A DNA stretch of 53,126 nt, counting the filler, from Dimargaris cristalligena (lineage: Eukaryota): the NCBI GenBank assembly GCA_003614675.1. It is 2 parts of 2 records of this genome, joined end to end, with 100 filler letters (N's around TTAATTAATTAA, not from the genome) between each part and the next. Parts side by side here need not be neighbours in the genome. Positions count along the whole stretch, not along the records: positions 26,625 to 53,126 come from ML002539.1; 1 more part is not named here. One strand, given 5' to 3'. Shown here in pieces: positions 49,395 to 53,126 of the stretch. Under the pieces are notes generated by a model. That model saw nothing but the letters and a program-made list of their open reading frames with translations. It did not search any database and had not been told where the DNA came from. Made by a program: the position numbers and the translations under genes. Numbering within the stretch: the first letter of the stretch is position 1; each line of letters starts with the position of its first letter.

Positions 49395-52300
49395 ATGTTC
49401 GGCTCTACTTTTACCCCCAATTCCCCCCGCATTCACTTGCCCGTAGTCCCCGCAGACTACCAACCGACCTTCAGCCTACCCCTCGGCAAGCCCCGCTCCA
49501 ACCTATCGGGCAATGCTTCCTGGTGCTATGGTGTTTCCTGCCCCTATTTAAAGGAACTACTGCGTCAAGACCAGTTCAAACAAGGGGTTCAGTTGACCAC
49601 TGCCATTATCCTAAGTCGGTACTACCGCCAGCCTGCAGTCGCTTTTGCCCACTGGTCGGGCCAGTTCGGACCAGGTGATATCATGGACCAACCTCTGGAA
49701 AAGCCTGAATTGGTTCTGGCGCAGGTGAGCCCCGATGCCCTTTGTTCCGCTGCCCTCCTGCAAAAGCCCGCCCCCAGTGGTATTCCTGACTCGTTGGGCC
49801 CAATGGTCGAAGTTGTGCTCCACACTGACGAGGATAGCACCAGCGTAACCACTCCCTGGTCCGAAATCGACGATAGTCACAGTCAGCCCAAGGAGGCCGA
49901 GGCAGACCCGAAGATCGTCCATCTACTAGCCCGAAGTAACGCCCATTTGGCGGTTAGTTGCACCCATAACCAGGTGCATGTCCAGGTCACGATTACCTAC
50001 GCCCGGGCTCAGTATCGTAATTCAGCCGTAGCAGAGTTCACCAGTCAGTTCGTAACTGTCTTTTCAGTTGTTGCCCAAACATTGGCAAGTGGTCAGTCTA
50101 ACCTTGTGCGCGATATTTCGTGGGTTAGCGACCGGGAACATGCCCGCCTGTTGGAGTTCTCCCAAATGGCCAAACCAACCCAAGGGGACTACCGGCCTTT
50201 CCAATGCCAATTCAGTGACTGTGCCCAACGCTTTCCTGGCCATATTGCCTTAGTCCGCGGCGGCGAAGAGTGGACCTATGCCCAACTGGACTACGCCAGT
50301 TCGGAGCTGGCCCGCATTCTAGTTGATCAATACGGGTCCTGTCCCGAGGTCCGAGTCGCCCTACTCGTCCCTAAGTCGATTGCCTATAATGTGGCCATTG
50401 TGGCTGTCCTCAAATCGGGGGCCGCCTACGTACCCCTCGACCCCGACTACCCAATCGACCGAATTCAGTATATCCTGACGGACAGTGACGCAGCAATGTT
50501 AATCGTGGCTGAATCAGTACTCGGAAAACTGCCCGGTCAGACTACGCTACCTACTGTGATCATTGACCCGTTCGCCCAGAAGCCGGTATTTACGGATCCA
50601 TCCGACTTCCAGTCCTTCCAATCATCCCCCAGCGATTTGGCCAACGTCATCTATACCTCGGGTACGACGGGCCGCCCCAAGGGTGTCTTGCTCGAACACC
50701 GCGGCATAGCCAACATAGCCTCTGATCCATGTTTAGGGGATACCTATGGCCTGGGCCGCCGCGCCCTTCAAACTGGGTCGATTGCCTTTGACGGCGTGCT
50801 TGTGAATACCCTCCGGTCCCTTTGCACCGGCGGTACTATCGTGGTCTCATCGGACAATCTGCTGGAGGACCTGAAGCATGCTCATACGGGGTATCTCATG
50901 ACGTCATTCCTCTCTCGCTTGCATCCCCACGACACTCCGGAAATGAAGGTATTTGGGGTCGGTGGAGAATCCCTGCTACCGGAACACCACACCCGCTGGA
51001 CCCCTCACTGCTACATAGCCAACCATTATGGGCCGACAGAAACCACCGTCTACTCCAACCTAGCCTTGATTGGCCCAGATGATGATATCAATGTTGGTAA
51101 GCCTACCCGCAACGTTTTCAATCTCATCGTGGACGAGGATCTTCAACTAGTGCCCGTCGGGGCTCCCGGTGAGATACTCATTGGCGGGGCGGGAGTGAGT
51201 CGGGGCTACCAAAACCTACCGGAGCTGACTGCCGCTAGGTTTATTCTGAACCCCCATGGACCGGGTCGCGTATACCGCACCGGTGATTACGTTCGCTGGC
51301 TCCCGAATGGAACGGTCGAGTATATCGGTCGTATCGACAACCAAGTCAAGTTACGAGGGTACCGGATCGAGGTTGAGGAGGTTGAGAATGTGGCGATTCA
51401 ATTCCCCGGACTTAAACAATGCGCAGTGGCCGTGGTTCAGGAAACCTTGGTCATTTATGCCAGTCCCGCAAACATCGATTCGGCCGGCCTATTGAGCTGT
51501 CTAAGGGATCGGCTTCCTAAACAAATGATACCCGAGTTTGTGGTGCCGGTAGTGGACTTTATCTACACTGCTTCGGGCAAACTGGACCGTAGGTCGCTGC
51601 CCTCCGTTGATCACTTATTGGCCAGCCATGCACTGTCGTCCACTACTAGATCTGAAATTAACGCCCCTCAAACTGATATAGAAGAAGAACTTCGCCGGGT
51701 CTGGGGTCAGATTCTACAGTTGGACCCCGATCGCATCAGCACCACTGACCACTTTTTTCGAATCGGCGGTGACTCTATTTCGGCGATTCTGCTGGTGTCC
51801 AAAGGCCAACAGTTGGGATATCAACTAACCGTGCCATTAATCTACCAGTACCCCGAGCTCCGACAGTTGGCCCAGCACACTGAAAAGACTACTAGCCGGC
51901 AAGCTAATGTGAACGCCGCCTACCAGGAACAAGTCCAAGGCGAGGTGGCTTTGACGCCTATCCAATGTTGGTTTAGTGAAATTGGTCTTTGTAACCCCCA
52001 CCACTTTAACCAGTCCTTTACCCTGAAGGTCAATTACAAGGCCAATTTGTCATTGACGGCCATTTATGACGCCTTAGTGGCCCTGGCCAACCATCACGAT
52101 ATTCTCCGGGCCCGATTTTGTCCCAATGAGGACAGTCAGTCATGGGTCCAGACGATACCTACAACTAGAGCCGTCCCCACTGACTTTCTGGTTTTGGAAG
52201 AGATGGTTTCGTCCGAAAACTATGCCGACTTTATCCTGCGGGTCCAATCCAGCCTTAATCTTACTACGGGACCTGTGTTGGCAGTTGCCCTGATCCACGA

Positions 52301-53126
52301 CCCGGACAGTACCTCCCCGCCCCGCTTATTCATCACCATCCACCACATCTTGGTGGACCTGGTTGCCTGGCGAATTCTGATTGAGGATTTGAATACCCTG
52401 CTCCGAGGTGCCTCACTTCCGCCGAAGACATTGCCTTTCCAAGTCTGGGCTTCCCAGCTCGATAATTATGCAGCAGCTCTGTCGGCGGATATATGGCCCA
52501 CCCAAGTAGACTCTGGCCGGCTCACTCCCGATATCCGGGCCCTCCTTCCACAGCCTGAATTGGGTGCTACTTGTACTCAGGCTGCCCGTCTCTCCACGTC
52601 TTTCGAATTCGACTCTGAATCCACGCACTCACTATTGTTTCAATTGGCCCCACAGCTACGCGTCACTCCACGCGACTTGCTTCTGGCTACTTTCACCCAG
52701 GCCTTTGCCACTGCCATTGGGCTCGACCAGGTTACTTTTTGCATGGAGGGACACGGCCGTGAGCCGTGGTTATCTGATCAAGACATTACCCGAACCGTGG
52801 GCTGGTTTACCGCCCTCTACCCCCTCGTTCTTCGGGTTCGGTCTGGTCAGTCCATACTGGACCTGTTACGCCACACCAAGGAAACACTGCAGCAAATTCC
52901 AATGAAGGGGTTTCCCTATTCCCTGTTGAATTACATGCCAGGGGTTTCCATGGAAGAGCGGGCCAAGTTGGAGGCCCAGACCCCGACTCGCCTAGATGTA
53001 CAGTTTAACTACTTTGGTCGTTTCAACAATACCGGCGGTGACCAAAGCGATGATATATTATCCATTGAATGGTCGGACTACTTTGGTCTACATGACTTTG
53101 CCCCTCAGGACAAGGTTATTTATGAT
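49395..53126 (+). CDS. Non-ribosomal peptide synthetase, 5' part (partial C - A - T - E), truncated by window end
   Basis: Open frame of 1244 codons from CACCATG to the window end, absent from the track because it has no stop. A-domain motifs WTYAQL, LKSGAAYVPLDP, YTSGTTGRPKG (50652), NHYGPTE, GEILIGGAGVSRGY, YRTGD, GRIDNQVKLRGYRIE, SGKLDR; T domain FFRIGGDSI (51765); epimerisation motifs LTPIQ.WF, HHILVDLVAW (52341), EGHGRE (52746), RTVGWFT, FNYFG. Confidence 0.96.
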   Translation, partial: MFGSTFTPNSPRIHLPVVPADYQPTFSLPLGKPRSNLSGNASWCYGVSCPYLKELLRQDQFKQGVQLTTAIILSRYYRQPAVAFAHWSGQFGPGDIMDQPLEKPELVLAQVSPDALCSAALLQKPAPSGIPDSLGPMVEVVLHTDEDSTSVTTPWSEIDDSHSQPKEAEADPKIVHLLARSNAHLAVSCTHNQVHVQVTITYARAQYRNSAVAEFTSQFVTVFSVVAQTLASGQSNLVRDISWVSDREHARLLEFSQMAKPTQGDYRPFQCQFSDCAQRFPGHIALVRGGEEWTYAQLDYASSELARILVDQYGSCPEVRVALLVPKSIAYNVAIVAVLKSGAAYVPLDPDYPIDRIQYILTDSDAAMLIVAESVLGKLPGQTTLPTVIIDPFAQKPVFTDPSDFQSFQSSPSDLANVIYTSGTTGRPKGVLLEHRGIANIASDPCLGDTYGLGRRALQTGSIAFDGVLVNTLRSLCTGGTIVVSSDNLLEDLKHAHTGYLMTSFLSRLHPHDTPEMKVFGVGGESLLPEHHTRWTPHCYIANHYGPTETTVYSNLALIGPDDDINVGKPTRNVFNLIVDEDLQLVPVGAPGEILIGGAGVSRGYQNLPELTAARFILNPHGPGRVYRTGDYVRWLPNGTVEYIGRIDNQVKLRGYRIEVEEVENVAIQFPGLKQCAVAVVQETLVIYASPANIDSAGLLSCLRDRLPKQMIPEFVVPVVDFIYTASGKLDRRSLPSVDHLLASHALSSTTRSEINAPQTDIEEELRRVWGQILQLDPDRISTTDHFFRIGGDSISAILLVSKGQQLGYQLTVPLIYQYPELRQLAQHTEKTTSRQANVNAAYQEQVQGEVALTPIQCWFSEIGLCNPHHFNQSFTLKVNYKANLSLTAIYDALVALANHHDILRARFCPNEDSQSWVQTIPTTRAVPTDFLVLEEMVSSENYADFILRVQSSLNLTTGPVLAVALIHDPDSTSPPRLFITIHHILVDLVAWRILIEDLNTLLRGASLPPKTLPFQVWASQLDNYAAALSADIWPTQVDSGRLTPDIRALLPQPELGATCTQAARLSTSFEFDSESTHSLLFQLAPQLRVTPRDLLLATFTQAFATAIGLDQVTFCMEGHGREPWLSDQDITRTVGWFTALYPLVLRVRSGQSILDLLRHTKETLQQIPMKGFPYSLLNYMPGVSMEERAKLEAQTPTRLDVQFNYFGRFNNTGGDQSDDILSIEWSDYFGLHDFAPQDKVIYD

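Noticed and set aside
28489-53126. Zinc-finger gene, kinase and NRPS as one biosynthetic gene cluster
   Set aside because: The genes are spread over more than 20 kb with no tailoring enzymes or transporters and no shared motif; proximity alone is not evidence.

Overview
Eukaryotic, gene-sparse fungal DNA. It most resembles an early-diverging (non-Dikarya) fungus; a Zoopagomycota such as the Dimargaris-like mycoparasites is a guess, not a determination. An artificial N-TTAATTAATTAA-N linker at 26525-26624 splits the window into two pieces that may not be adjacent. Left piece: intron-containing tRNA-Ser(CGA), about 10 kb of non-coding DNA, a homeodomain transcription factor, a mitochondrial-carrier-family gene and a Ser/Pro-rich hypothetical gene. 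Right piece: a small gene joining a signal peptide to two C2H2 zinc fingers, a three-exon hypothetical gene, a seven-exon NEK/NIMA-like kinase, a 1 kb non-autonomous element with 144-bp terminal inverted repeats, and the 5' part of an intronless NRPS (partial C - A - T - E) that runs off the window and is missing from the ORF track. The most notable signals are (1) an apparently secreted zinc-finger transcription factor, a candidate host-directed effector, (2) a U12-type AT-AC intron in the kinase, implying a working minor spliceosome, and (3) the kinase's atypical HRDITPRN/DFD motifs. All gene models were built by hand from the sequence; no database search was run.
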